A DNA stretch of 64,000 nt from Polyangiaceae bacterium (GTDB lineage: Bacteria > Myxococcota_A > Polyangia > Polyangiales > Polyangiaceae), in contig JBILLK010000005.1 in the NCBI GenBank assembly GCA_044376115.1, positions 320,001-384,000 on the forward strand, in the 5' to 3' direction. Shown here in pieces: positions 19,334-28,961 of the stretch. The notes beneath the pieces were generated by a model, which saw only the letters and a program-made list of their open reading frames with translations, was not told the origin of the DNA and ran no database searches. Both the position numbers and the translations under genes were made by a program. How positions within the stretch are numbered: position 1 is the stretch's first letter; every line of letters begins with the position of its first letter.

Positions 19334-20509
19334 ATGTTCAAGCCTAGCCGTCCCAAACCGTTGGTTCTCGCGCTGCTCGCGACGTTCTTCAGCTGCTTGC
19401 TCGTGCTGGCAGGCTGCGCCAAAAAGCCTGGTGCCGGTGAGCAAGGTCTCGCTGGTTCTTCACCGGACTCTCTCGCAAAGGAAAGTTCTCCCATGTCCAA
19501 CCGCGTGTTCACCAAGCCCTCGGATGCCGAACTCAAGAAGCGCCTTACCGCGTTGGAATACGCTGTCACGCAGCACGACAAGACCGAGCCGCCCTTCGAG
19601 AACCGGTTCTGGGACAACCACGAGGAAGGCTTGTACGTGGACATCGTCACGGGCGAGCCGCTGTTCTCCTCGCGTGACAAGTTCGACTCGGGGACGGGCT
19701 GGCCCAGCTTTACCCGGCCGGTCGAGTCCGCGCGCGTCGTAGACAAGGTGGACGTTTCGTACGGCATGCGTCGCGTGGAGGTCCGCTCCAAGAGCGGCGA
19801 TGCGCACCTTGGCCACGTGTTCGAGGATGGGCCGGCGCCCACCGGCCTGCGCTACTGCATCAACTCAGCGTCGCTGCGCTTCATCCCGGTGGCCGATCTC
19901 GAACGAGAGGGCTACCCCGAGTACGTAGCGCTGTTCAAAGCTCCGGGGGCTGCTGTGCCCGCCTCGTCGAACAATGCCTGCGCGGTGCCGGATCCGGGCG
20001 CTGCTCCCGGTTGCAAGAGCGCCTACGAGGTCGCGACGCTTGCGGGAGGCTGTTTTTGGGGGATGGAGGACATCATCCGCAAGATCCCCGGCGTCGTAGA
20101 TACCGAGGTGGGCTACACCGGCGGAACCACGCCCAACCCCACCTACGAGCAGATGAAGACTGGGCGCACCGGCCACGCCGAGTCGATTCGCGTCGTGTTC
20201 GACCCGGCCGTGCTCAGCTACGAGACGCTGCTCGAGAAGTGGTTCTTCAAGATGCACGACCCGACGACCGAGAACCGCCAGGGGAACGACCGCGGTTCCC
20301 AGTATCGTTCGGCGATCTTCTTCAATTCGCCGGAGCAGCAGAAGATCGCCATGGCCGTCAAGGACCGAGTTGATAAGTCCGGCAAGTGGGAGAACCCGAT
20401 CGTCACCGAGATCGTCGCTGCAGGCCCCTTCACGGTCGCTGAGGGCTACCACCAGGACTACTTGGAGGCCCATCCGGGCGGGTACACCTGCCATTTCATG
20501 CGTGACTAA
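19334..20509 (+). CDS. msrAB: Bifunctional peptide methionine sulfoxide reductase, MsrB-MsrA order, with probable lipoprotein signal
   Basis: Msr[31 protein letters not shown]; Msr[29 protein letters not shown]-terminal LVLAGC; start uncertain. Confidence 0.93.
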   Translation: MFKPSRPKPLVLALLATFFSCLLVLAGCAKKPGAGEQGLAGSSPDSLAKESSPMSNRVFTKPSDAELKKRLTALEYAVTQHDKTEPPFENRFWDNHEEGLYVDIVTGEPLFSSRDKFDSGTGWPSFTRPVESARVVDKVDVSYGMRRVEVRSKSGDAHLGHVFEDGPAPTGLRYCINSASLRFIPVADLEREGYPEYVALFKAPGAAVPASSNNACAVPDPGAAPGCKSAYEVATLAGGCFWGMEDIIRKIPGVVDTEVGYTGGTTPNPTYEQMKTGRTGHAESIRVVFDPAVLSYETLLEKWFFKMHDPTTENRQGNDRGSQYRSAIFFNSPEQQKIAMAVKDRVDKSGKWENPIVTEIVAAGPFTVAEGYHQDYLEAHPGGYTCHFMRD

Positions 20510-20524
20510 CGCCCTCGCAGGGGT

Positions 20525-20562
20525 CGGAGGAGCGGGTCGAAAGTCCCGCTCTTCGCTGTTTT
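20525..20562 (+). terminator. Probable intrinsic terminator after msrAB
   Basis: GAGCGGG (20530-20536) / CCCGCTC (20545-20551) stem followed by a T-rich tail. Confidence 0.55.
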
Positions 20563-20605
20563 GTGGGCTTCCTCGGCTCATCCCCAGCCAACGTCGCCGT
20601 TGTTG

Positions 20606-20633
20606 TTGACGCCATGGCAGAGGTGATTAGGTT
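20606..20633 (+). promoter_or_regulatory. Possible sigma70-type promoter upstream of dnaK
   Basis: TTGACG-N16-TAGGTT in the 300-bp intergenic region. Confidence 0.35.
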
Positions 20634-20809
20634 CGGCCCCGCAGCACTCAACCCGCCCCAATAAGGTCGGTTGGGCCGCCGGTCTGAGCCGGCACAAATT
20701 CACCTCGACACCGGCAGTACCGTGGGACGCAGGGCTTGTTCGCCCCGCCCCGTAGTGGTGCCACAGTTTTTCTTTCGCCCTTTTGGGCAGCGCAGGAGTG
20801 AGAGACGCC

Positions 20810-22720
20810 ATGGGCAAGATCATCGGGATCGACCTAGGAACAACCAACAGCGTTGTCGCCATCATGGAGGGCAAAGAGCCCAAGGTCATCGTCAACGAGG
20901 AAGGCGCGCGCATTACGCCGTCGGTCGTTGCTTGGGATGACAAGGGAGAGGTGCTCGTTGGGCAGATTGCCAAACGCCAGGCCGTAACCAACCCGACCAA
21001 CACGGTCTACTCGTCGAAGCGGTTCGTCGGTCGGCGTTTTGACGAGGTGCAACAAGAGGCCTCGCGGGTGCCCTACAAGGTCGTGAAGGGCCCCAACGGG
21101 GACGCGCACATCGAGGTGCGTGGCAAGTCGATGGCACCGCCCGAGGTCGCGGCGAAGGTGCTCCTGAAGTTGAAGAAGGCCGCTGAGGACTATCTCGGTG
21201 AAAAGGTCACCGAGGCCGTGATCACGGTCCCCGCATACTTCAACGACGCTCAGCGCCAAGCGACCAAAGACGCAGGTCGTATCGCCGGTCTCGACGTAAA
21301 GCGCATCGTCAATGAGCCCACCGCTGCGGCTCTCGCTTACGGCCTCGACAAGAAGACGGAAGAAGTTATCGCCGTCTACGACTTCGGTGGCGGCACGTTC
21401 GACATCTCGATCCTCGAGGTCGGTGACAACGTCGTGCAGGTCATCAGCACCAACGGCGACACGCACCTCGGCGGTGATGACGTCGACCACGTGGTGATGG
21501 AGTGGTTGCTGGCCGAGTTCAAGAAGGACTCTGGGATGGACGTGTCGAAGGACAAGATGGTCATCCAGCGCCTCAAGGACGCCGCTGAGCAGGCGAAGAT
21601 CGAGCTCTCCAACGTGCCGGAGACGCAGATCAACCTGCCCTTCCTCACGGCTGACGCAACCGGGCCGAAGCACCTTCAGAAGTCGCTCTCGCGCGCCAAG
21701 CTCGAGCAGATGATTCGCCCCTTGATCGACCGCACGATGGAGCCCGTTCGCAAGGCCCTCGCCGACGCGAAGAAGAGCCCCGAGCAGATCCACGAGGTCG
21801 TGCTCGTCGGCGGTTCCACCCGCATCCCGCTCGTGCAGGAGACGGTCAAGAAGTTCTTCGGCAAAGAGCCGCACAAGGGCGTCAACCCGGATGAGGTCGT
21901 GGCCATCGGTGCAGCCGTTCAAGCCGGCGTGCTCTCAGGTGACGTGAAGGATCTCGTCCTCTTGGACGTGACTCCGCTCTCGCTCGGTGTCGAGACGTTG
22001 GGCGGCGTGATGACGGTGATGATTCAACGCAACACCACCATCCCCACGCAGAAGAAGGAGACCTTCAGCACCGCGAGCGACAACCAGCCGAGCGTCGAGA
22101 TTCACGTCCTTCAGGGCGAGCGCACGGAGTCCCGTTACAACCGCACGCTTGGTCGCTTCCACCTCGAGGGCATCATGCCGGCACCGCGTGGCACGCCCAA
22201 GGTGGAGGTCACCTTCGACATCGACGCCAACGGCATCCTCAGCGTTCACGCCAAGGACACCGCCACCGGCAAAGATCAGAAGATCACCATCACCGCCAAC
22301 TCGGGTCTCAAGGAAGAAGAGATCCAGAAGATGGTGCGCGACGCTCAGGAGAACGAGGCTGAAGACAAGGCCAAGCGCGAGCAGGTCGAGCGTCGCAACA
22401 AGCTCGACAGCATGATTTACACGGTGGACAAGGCCTTGACCGACAACAAGGACAAGGTCCCGGAAGCCGACGCGAAGACGCTGCGTGATCTCATCGACGA
22501 GGGCAAGAAGGCCGTTGAGTCGCAGGACGACGCTGCCGTGACCGCCTCGCTCGAGAAGCTCGAGAAAGAGGCCCATCGCCTGGCCGGTGCCATGTACGGC
22601 AACGGAGCGCCTCCGGGCGGTCCGGGCGCTCCGGGTGGGGACGCTGGCGGCGCTGAGCCTCCGCCCCCCGCCAAGGGCAAAGACGGCGTGATCGACGCCG
22701 AATTCGAAGAAGCCAACTGA
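20810..22720 (+). CDS. dnaK: Molecular chaperone DnaK (Hsp70)
   Basis: [49 protein letters not shown]-terminal DAEFEE; AGGAG RBS. Confidence 0.98.
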   Translation: MGKIIGIDLGTTNSVVAIMEGKEPKVIVNEEGARITPSVVAWDDKGEVLVGQIAKRQAVTNPTNTVYSSKRFVGRRFDEVQQEASRVPYKVVKGPNGDAHIEVRGKSMAPPEVAAKVLLKLKKAAEDYLGEKVTEAVITVPAYFNDAQRQATKDAGRIAGLDVKRIVNEPTAAALAYGLDKKTEEVIAVYDFGGGTFDISILEVGDNVVQVISTNGDTHLGGDDVDHVVMEWLLAEFKKDSGMDVSKDKMVIQRLKDAAEQAKIELSNVPETQINLPFLTADATGPKHLQKSLSRAKLEQMIRPLIDRTMEPVRKALADAKKSPEQIHEVVLVGGSTRIPLVQETVKKFFGKEPHKGVNPDEVVAIGAAVQAGVLSGDVKDLVLLDVTPLSLGVETLGGVMTVMIQRNTTIPTQKKETFSTASDNQPSVEIHVLQGERTESRYNRTLGRFHLEGIMPAPRGTPKVEVTFDIDANGILSVHAKDTATGKDQKITITANSGLKEEEIQKMVRDAQENEAEDKAKREQVERRNKLDSMIYTVDKALTDNKDKVPEADAKTLRDLIDEGKKAVESQDDAAVTASLEKLEKEAHRLAGAMYGNGAPPGGPGAPGGDAGGAEPPPPAKGKDGVIDAEFEEAN

Positions 22721-22844
22721 GCTGGAACTCCACTGCTTCCGCACGGGAAGGCAGACGGAGTTCGCAACGAAAGCTAACCTGACCCGCGGCCCTGTAAGGT
22801 TCCGCGGGTCAGTGCGTTTCTAAGGAAACGTTCGAGGAGGGTGT

Positions 22845-23738
22845 ATGAGGCTGAAGTCGAAGATCCTGGGTGTTCTCTTGGCAGCGCTGGCTCTTGCGGG
22901 CTGTGGGGCGTCCTCGCCATCAGCTGACGTCTCGTACTCTCAGCCAAACTACCCTGCGAGTGAAAGCGGTCCGGGCAATGCCAAGTCGACGCTTGGGCAA
23001 GCACCAGCGGCCGCGCCACCGGCTGCTGACGGAGCTGGGGCAATCGCCGGCGAGATGCCGATGCAATCCCAGCCTGATCCGGGCCGGCCGGGCTTAGGCA
23101 CCGAGTGGGGGGAGACCCGCAAGTCGAGCATCTCCACCTCGCCGTTCGTGCGTGCGGATGCTCGATCGCCTTTCTCCACCGCGGCGATGTTCTACAACGA
23201 TGAGGACGGCGCTCGGCAAATGGCCTCGATGTCAGGCTTCAAGCGTTTCTCTGAAGGCTCGATCGACGTCGGAGGGGGAATCGCCACGGCGCGTCTCAAA
23301 GACGGCTCCGGGCGCTTCATGAGCGGCTTCGACGCGGGTGGGAAGAAGTTCATGGTTGGTCAAGCGGGTGACCGCTACAGCATCGTGATTCAGAGCAATG
23401 TGCCCGCTCGGCTCGAGGTCGTGGTTTCGGTCGATGGCCTCGACGTGCTCGACGGCCAAGAGGCGAGCTTCACCAAGCGTGGCTACATCATCGCGCCGAA
23501 CAGCTCGATCGAGATCGATGGCTTCCGCCAGAGCACCGAGACAGTCGCCGCCTTCCGTTTCGGCTCGGTGAAGGACTCCTACGCCGAGAAGAAGCACGGT
23601 GCAGCGCGAAACGTCGGCGTAATCGGTGTGGCGTTGTTCAACGAGCAGGGCACCAACCCTTCGAGCTGGCCGCTCGGTGACGCTTCGCAGCGTCTCAACG
23701 CGGATCCGTTCCCCGGCCGCTTCGCGACCCCGCCGTGA
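22845..23738 (+). CDS. Conserved hypothetical lipoprotein
   Basis: GGAGG RBS; lipobox LAGC; GLGTEWGE, VVSVDGLDV, IDGFRQS...VAAFRF, NVGVIGVALF motifs. Confidence 0.75.
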   Translation: MRLKSKILGVLLAALALAGCGASSPSADVSYSQPNYPASESGPGNAKSTLGQAPAAAPPAADGAGAIAGEMPMQSQPDPGRPGLGTEWGETRKSSISTSPFVRADARSPFSTAAMFYNDEDGARQMASMSGFKRFSEGSIDVGGGIATARLKDGSGRFMSGFDAGGKKFMVGQAGDRYSIVIQSNVPARLEVVVSVDGLDVLDGQEASFTKRGYIIAPNSSIEIDGFRQSTETVAAFRFGSVKDSYAEKKHGAARNVGVIGVALFNEQGTNPSSWPLGDASQRLNADPFPGRFATPP

Positions 23739-23763
23739 GCTACGTGCGCGTGAGCTCCAGAGC

Positions 23764-24774
23764 TCAGGGCACGCAGCTGAAACCGCCGGGCAGGTTGACG
23801 CACTCCTCCCCACTGGCACACGGCGCCTCGATGCATTCATCGATATCGAGGCACTGGGTGCCGTTGCCAATGAAGCCTGCGTCGCAACTGCACGTGAAGC
23901 CGGGGGTAGTGTTGATGCAGGAGGCGTGGAGGGCGCAGTTGTCGAGCCCCTCCGCACACTCATCGATATCGCTGCAGCCTGATCCGGAAGGCAGGCCGTC
24001 TCCCGTGAAGCCAGGCAAACACTGGCAGTCGAAGGCGCCCACTTCATTGCTGCAGATCGCATTGGGGCTGCAAGGCGCGCCGGATGCACATTCATTGACG
24101 TCGATGCAGTTGACGCCGTTTCCGGTGAAACCCGCGATACATACGCAACTGAAGCTCCCTGGATTGTCGACGCAGTTTGCGTGAACGCTGCAGTTTGCGG
24201 CGCCCGACTGGCACTCATCAACGTTGGTGCAGGTTTGCCCATCGCCCTCGTAACCAGCGGCGCACTCGCAGGCGAACGTCCCCTCGAGATTCGTACAGAC
24301 GGTGTTGGGCTCGCACGGGTCGTTCAGGCATTCGTCCACGTCTGCGCACTCAAGGCCGCTGCCGGTGAAGCCCTCGGAGCACGTGCACGCGTAGTATCCG
24401 TCGGTATTGCTACATTCCGCGGTGTCGGCGCAGGCGTCCAGATCGAGCGCACATTCATCGACGTCCACGCAGCTCTCGCCGTCCCCAGCGTAGCCGCCAA
24501 CACAAACACACACGGCGGAGCCGTCGACATCGGCGCAAGCAGCGTGCTCCCCGCATTGAAGCTCGGTCTCTTCGCAAGGCGAGGGCTCGGAGATGGGAAG
24601 CCGCAGGGTGACGAGGGGGATGCGTTCAGAGGATTCACCGCCACCCCCCACCGCGAACTCAGGTCCACCGCCACCGCCTTCGTTGGGCGACTCACTGCTG
24701 CTCTGATCGATGAGCTCACCCGCACAAGCGCTCGCAAAGAGGACCAAGAGTGAAACTGAGCTGCGACCAAGCAT
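23764..24774 (-). CDS. Lipoprotein with tandem calcium-binding EGF-like repeats
   Basis: Lipobox ASAC; six full 6-Cys EGF-like modules plus one truncated; [DN][VI][DN]EC starts and C-x-[DN]-x4-[FY]-x-C-x-C consensus. Confidence 0.88.
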   Translation of the reverse strand: MLGRSSVSLLVLFASACAGELIDQSSSESPNEGGGGGPEFAVGGGGESSERIPLVTLRLPISEPSPCEETELQCGEHAACADVDGSAVCVCVGGYAGDGESCVDVDECALDLDACADTAECSNTDGYYACTCSEGFTGSGLECADVDECLNDPCEPNTVCTNLEGTFACECAAGYEGDGQTCTNVDECQSGAANCSVHANCVDNPGSFSCVCIAGFTGNGVNCIDVNECASGAPCSPNAICSNEVGAFDCQCLPGFTGDGLPSGSGCSDIDECAEGLDNCALHASCINTTPGFTCSCDAGFIGNGTQCLDIDECIEAPCASGEECVNLPGGFSCVP

Positions 24775-24874
24775 GGGTGCCTTCCCCCGCCGTCATGCGC
24801 TCGACTAGGCGCCGATTGCGCGTGGCTGGTCTCGAGACAAGCGGCACGCCGAGCAGGCTCGATAAGTGGGAGCG

Positions 24875-25903
24875 TCAATAATTTGATGCCCACTGTGTTT
24901 CGTACCCAAAGCTGCCGGGCAGATCGTCCACGGGCTGACCATCACGAGCGAGTCTTGAAGGGTCTGGCTCGACGAAGGTGGGCTCGTCGTAGACCAGCGA
25001 ACTCGATGCGTTGACCAACGCCTCATGCATCTCGCGAGCCGAAGCGAAGCGGTCATGCGGGTTCTTGGCCAACGCTTGTTGCAGCACCTGCTCGAGCCGG
25101 CATGGCAGCTCGATGCGTAGTCGTTCCGAGATCGGCTTCGGTAGGCGCTTCTCATGCGCCGCACGCAACGCCGAAACCGATGCTCCAACGTCGTCGAAGG
25201 GGCCGCAGCCCGCTAGCAGCTCGTACAGCACGAGGCCCACCGCGTAGAGGTCGCTGCGCTCGTCCCCACCACTTTCTCCATGGCGCTCCGGCGCCATGCT
25301 TCGCGGGCTGCCCAACGTGAGCCCGACGCGGGTCATGCGGAGTTCATCGCGCGTGCGCCTGGCCAACCCAAAATCGAGCAGGACCACGCGACCTTGGGTC
25401 GTGAGAAACACGTTGTCCGGCTTGATATCGCGATGAACGAAGCCCGCGCGGTGCACCTCCTCCAGCGCGAGCAGCAGCTCGCCCACGATACGTACAGCGC
25501 CCTCCCGCGAGACGCCTCGGCTGGCGCAGAGGTCCTCTCCGACAAGCCGCTCCATGATGTAGTAGGGCCTCCCGTCCTCGAGCGTGCCGGAGTCATAGAC
25601 GGCGGGCATCCGCGGCGAGCTGAAGCTCGACAATACGCGCGCTTCGTTCTCGAGCCGCGCGGCTAGATCATGCCGGCTGCGGTGCTTGACGTGCAGCGCT
25701 TTGAGTACGCAGCGTCGGCCGAGCCGTTTGTGTTCGAGCTCGAACAGCTCGCCCATGCCGCCGCTCTTGAGCCGCCGTACGACCTCGAAGCTGCGCTGGA
25801 ATTGGCGACTCAACCAGGGCTCCGCGTTCCCTTCGAGAGACAGCTGCGGATGCAGTAGGTCGCGCGAGAGATACCTGCAGCGCGTGGCTACCCCGAGGTT
25901 CAT
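24875..25903 (-). CDS. Soluble Ser/Thr protein kinase
   Basis: SGGMGELF, CVLK, HRDIKPDN, DFG, MAPE, DLYAVG; no TM; ATG at 25903 overlaps the upstream kinase stop (ATGA). Confidence 0.85.
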   Translation of the reverse strand: MNLGVATRCRYLSRDLLHPQLSLEGNAEPWLSRQFQRSFEVVRRLKSGGMGELFELEHKRLGRRCVLKALHVKHRSRHDLAARLENEARVLSSFSSPRMPAVYDSGTLEDGRPYYIMERLVGEDLCASRGVSREGAVRIVGELLLALEEVHRAGFVHRDIKPDNVFLTTQGRVVLLDFGLARRTRDELRMTRVGLTLGSPRSMAPERHGESGGDERSDLYAVGLVLYELLAGCGPFDDVGASVSALRAAHEKRLPKPISERLRIELPCRLEQVLQQALAKNPHDRFASAREMHEALVNASSSLVYDEPTFVEPDPSRLARDGQPVDDLPGSFGYETQWASNY

Positions 25904-26715
25904 GATGCCCTCCGCAGTTGCACGAGCGCCTGGCTCATCTGCTCGCACGATTGAAAGCGGCGGCGCGGATCATCAGCGGTAGCCACCTCGAGCAACTCCG
26001 TCAGCCCAACGAGCCTCCGCTTGGCCTCTCTCGAGAGAGCTTCATACCTGTCCCGGAAGCGTTGGGACGGGCAACGGTGATCATGAAAACGCTCTGCCAC
26101 CAGCAGCTCAAACAGCAGTAGTCCAACGGCATAGAGATCCGTCCGCGCGTCGGTGGATGCGCCGAACAGTTGCTCCGGCGCAAAGTAGCTGGGCGTGCCG
26201 AGCACCATGCCTTCAGCGGTCAGCGGCGCTGAGAGATTGCGCGCGATCCCAAGGTCCAAGAGGATGGCGCGGTTGCGTTCAATTAGCTCGTGGTGCACAC
26301 GCCCGTAGAAGACGTTGGCGGGCTTCACATCGCGGTGGATGATGCCGGCCTTGTGCAGTTCCGCGAGGCCAGCGAGCAGCCCGAACGCGATGTGAAAAGC
26401 CGTTGCTCGCGGCATGGGACCACCGCGATCGAGGCAGGTGCGCAGCGATGCACCTTCGAGCAGCGGCATGACGAAGTGCCCATCGAACTCGTCGATGCTG
26501 GTGAAGGTCGGCACCAGGTTCTCGTGACGAAGTGCGCTCAGCACAGCGAACTCTCGAGCGAAGCGTGCGCTGGTCAGCTGATCCGCACCGGGTCGCAGCG
26601 CTTTGACCACGTTGCGTTCTCCCGCCGCGTTGACCACCTCGAGCAACCAGCAGTTGGCGCTCTGATCGATACAACGAACCACCTTCAGCGAACTGGACTC
26701 CGTCATGACGAACAC
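25900..26715 (-). CDS. Soluble, partly degenerate Ser/Thr protein kinase
   Basis: VVK, FARE, HRDVKPAN, DLG (for DFG), GTPSYFAPE, DLYAVG; Gly-rich loop replaced by CIDQSANC; short C-lobe. Confidence 0.8.
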   Translation of the reverse strand: MFVMTESSSLKVVRCIDQSANCWLLEVVNAAGERNVVKALRPGADQLTSARFAREFAVLSALRHENLVPTFTSIDEFDGHFVMPLLEGASLRTCLDRGGPMPRATAFHIAFGLLAGLAELHKAGIIHRDVKPANVFYGRVHHELIERNRAILLDLGIARNLSAPLTAEGMVLGTPSYFAPEQLFGASTDARTDLYAVGLLLFELLVAERFHDHRCPSQRFRDRYEALSREAKRRLVGLTELLEVATADDPRRRFQSCEQMSQALVQLRRAS

Positions 26716-26832
26716 CTCGCTGGGATCTCGTCCACGGAGGGCTGCAGTTGTCCGGAGTCAGTCGAATTTTCTGTTCGGAATCAAGCCGCTGCACGCACGT
26801 GCATCAGCCGCTGCAGTCAGCGCTCAATCCGC

Positions 26833-28056
26833 TCAGTGGTACAAGAACCACTCCACACCTGGCTTGATCTCCATGTGGAAGTGATCGAAGTGCGCCGCAT
26901 CAAAGTTGGGCGTGAGCGTGTATGTGAACACTTCACTCTCGCGTGCTTCACACACGATCGCGTGGAGCTCCTTCGCAGCGTCAGTCTCCGGGATGGGAGC
27001 GTTTTCTCCGCAGGTACGCTCGCCGATTTTGCCTTGGAAATGTTGAGCGACGTTGAGCGACGTCCCGTCTGCCTTACGCAGAATGCCAACGTCAATCGCG
27101 AGGCCGGCTGGATGACGCGTACCTGGCGGCGCCCATTTGCCGTGGCCTAGATTGCCGCCCTTGGGCCCGATGGTGGTCTTGGCGGACTTGCCTGTTTTGC
27201 CGCCACTCTTGAGGCCGCGCACGCGCGAGGGAGGATGGGCCTGCTGAGGTTCACGGCTCTTGGCGTTGGGCCCTAGCTTGGCATTCTCCTGGCCAGCATG
27301 GTCCTCGCCTGCGTGGTCGTGGTCACAAGCGTGCAGGTCTTCCACGGCCGCATGCAATTCGGCTTTGCGCGCGAGCTCCTCACGCGCCGTGTCCTTGCGC
27401 TTTTCACTGGCAACTCGACGTGCGCCCTTGTTGGGCTTCTCGCCTTTGGCGAGCGTCTTGTTTGCAGGCTTGGCGGCGGCCGGCGTCTTCGACGATTTGC
27501 CGATGCGCACCGACTTGTCGTCATTCGACTTGGCCTTCGGGTCCTTCGCCTTTGGATCTTTCGACTTCAGCTTGGCTCGCTCCTGCTGCTTCTGCGAAGC
27601 GAGCATCGCCTTCTCTTCGGGCGAGCCGGGGGCAGGCATATTGGGCCGGTACATCGTGTAGTGCACGAGCTCCACGACATCATGGCGAGCGAGGATCACC
27701 GAGAAATCGTCGAGCGCTAGCGCCAGGCGCGCATCGAGGATCTCGAACATGCTGTCGGCGCGCTCGGCCTCCGGCAACGCGGAGTGAATGTGCACGCCGT
27801 TGAGCGCGCCCTCGAGCCGAATGGGCGCTCGAACGGTGCCGATCGCGTCCACGCGCCGATAACGAATGCCGCGGCGATCGAGCTCGGCGAGGGCCTCGTC
27901 GTTGGACATATTGGCGTATCGGTAGGCCGCCGATGCGATGACCTCCTCATGGGGAGGCGCCTCCGTGTAGGGCGACGCAGCTCGTGCGCTGGACGGAACA
28001 AGCATGCCCCAGGCGAGAGAAGCGGCGACGCCGAGCCAGCCGAGCTTGCTCCGCAT
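26833..28056 (-). CDS. Extensin-like C-terminal domain family protein with a Lys-rich insertion
   Basis: Signal peptide; VRAPIRL, HPAGLAIDV, LTPNFDAAHFDHFHME motifs; central Lys/Pro-rich low-complexity insert. Confidence 0.75.
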   Translation of the reverse strand: MRSKLGWLGVAASLAWGMLVPSSARAASPYTEAPPHEEVIASAAYRYANMSNDEALAELDRRGIRYRRVDAIGTVRAPIRLEGALNGVHIHSALPEAERADSMFEILDARLALALDDFSVILARHDVVELVHYTMYRPNMPAPGSPEEKAMLASQKQQERAKLKSKDPKAKDPKAKSNDDKSVRIGKSSKTPAAAKPANKTLAKGEKPNKGARRVASEKRKDTAREELARKAELHAAVEDLHACDHDHAGEDHAGQENAKLGPNAKSREPQQAHPPSRVRGLKSGGKTGKSAKTTIGPKGGNLGHGKWAPPGTRHPAGLAIDVGILRKADGTSLNVAQHFQGKIGERTCGENAPIPETDAAKELHAIVCEARESEVFTYTLTPNFDAAHFDHFHMEIKPGVEWFLYH

Positions 28057-28235
28057 CAGTTCTTCCCTCGAAGGAAGGTCCGTTGTCCTCGCCCGTTTGC
28101 CAAGGTGAAGCCACCTTAGTTCGATCTTTTGCGAAGGCCAGAAAAGAACGAAAGTCGAGGCACATCCGTGCAGTGCTTTCCGTCCACTTCCAGCGCATGA
28201 CGTGAGCGCGGAGCACGAGTATCAGCTCGATCCCG

Positions 28236-28961
28236 ATGCCCGAAGCCAGCGAACCCCAGCCGACGATCGAGAGGGCGTCTCTTGGGCGTCTCGCGTCGAT
28301 CGCGCTCCTGGTGACGTTGCTGGTGACCACCGCGAGCTACGTCGTCCCGGGCGAATACTCAGCCATCGCGGTGGCAGCCGGGTTCTTGAGCGCGGTTTGG
28401 TATTTGGTGCTGCGTCACGAGGGCTCGGTGATTCGCGCGTACGGGCTCTCGCTCGGTGGGCTGCTCGAGCCCGAGCCGCTGGTGCCGCGGCGCTTGCTGA
28501 GGGAAGCACTTCGCGGCTTGCTGGTCGCCGCGTTCTTCTTGCTGCTGGTCGCCGTTCCCTTCTTCTTCGGCTTCAAACACTGGTTCCACCGCGGCTCCTT
28601 CGACATTGCGCGCATGTGGCCGAGCTACGACGCGGTGCTTGGCCAATTGCTCGTGATCGCATTTCCCGAAGAGGCGTTTTTTCGCGGCTATCTGCAGACG
28701 CAGCTCGATGCCCATTTTCCAAAAGAGGTGCGCATCTTGGGCCTACCGATCTCTTGGAGCATCGTGCTTACCTCGGCCGTGTTCGCCGTCGGTCACTTCC
28801 TGACCATCCCGGTACCCGCACGCCTTGCGGTGTTTTTTCCGTCGCTATTGTTCGGGGCGATTCGAAAACGTGAAGGTGGAATCGGCGCGTCGTTGGTCTT
28901 TCATGCGTTCTGCAACCTGCTGTCGGGTGCGGTGGCCTCAGGCTTTGCGGGGCCACGTTGA
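28236..28961 (+). CDS. CPBP (Abi/CAAX-type) glutamic intramembrane protease, myxosortase-like
   Basis: Multiple TMs; PEEAFFRGYLQ, FAVGH, RLAVFFPSLLFG, FHAFCN motifs. Confidence 0.85.
   Translation: MPEASEPQPTIERASLGRLASIALLVTLLVTTASYVVPGEYSAIAVAAGFLSAVWYLVLRHEGSVIRAYGLSLGGLLEPEPLVPRRLLREALRGLLVAAFFLLLVAVPFFFGFKHWFHRGSFDIARMWPSYDAVLGQLLVIAFPEEAFFRGYLQTQLDAHFPKEVRILGLPISWSIVLTSAVFAVGHFLTIPVPARLAVFFPSLLFGAIRKREGGIGASLVFHAFCNLLSGAVASGFAGPR

Noticed and set aside
20642..20667. CIRCE (HrcA operator) upstream of dnaK
   Set aside because: Only a left half-site-like CAGCACTC is present; the GAGTGCTAA half is absent 9 bp downstream
20834..22744. Long antisense ORFs opposite dnaK (also opposite pfp, pckA and the kinases)
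   Set aside because: Shadow ORFs expected from GC-rich codon bias on the opposite strand of well-conserved genes; no recognisable motifs
22733..22810. Hairpins after dnaK (22733-22754 and 22781-22810) as an ncRNA
   Set aside because: Short GC stems with no U-tract or promoter evidence; more likely mRNA 3' or 5' structure
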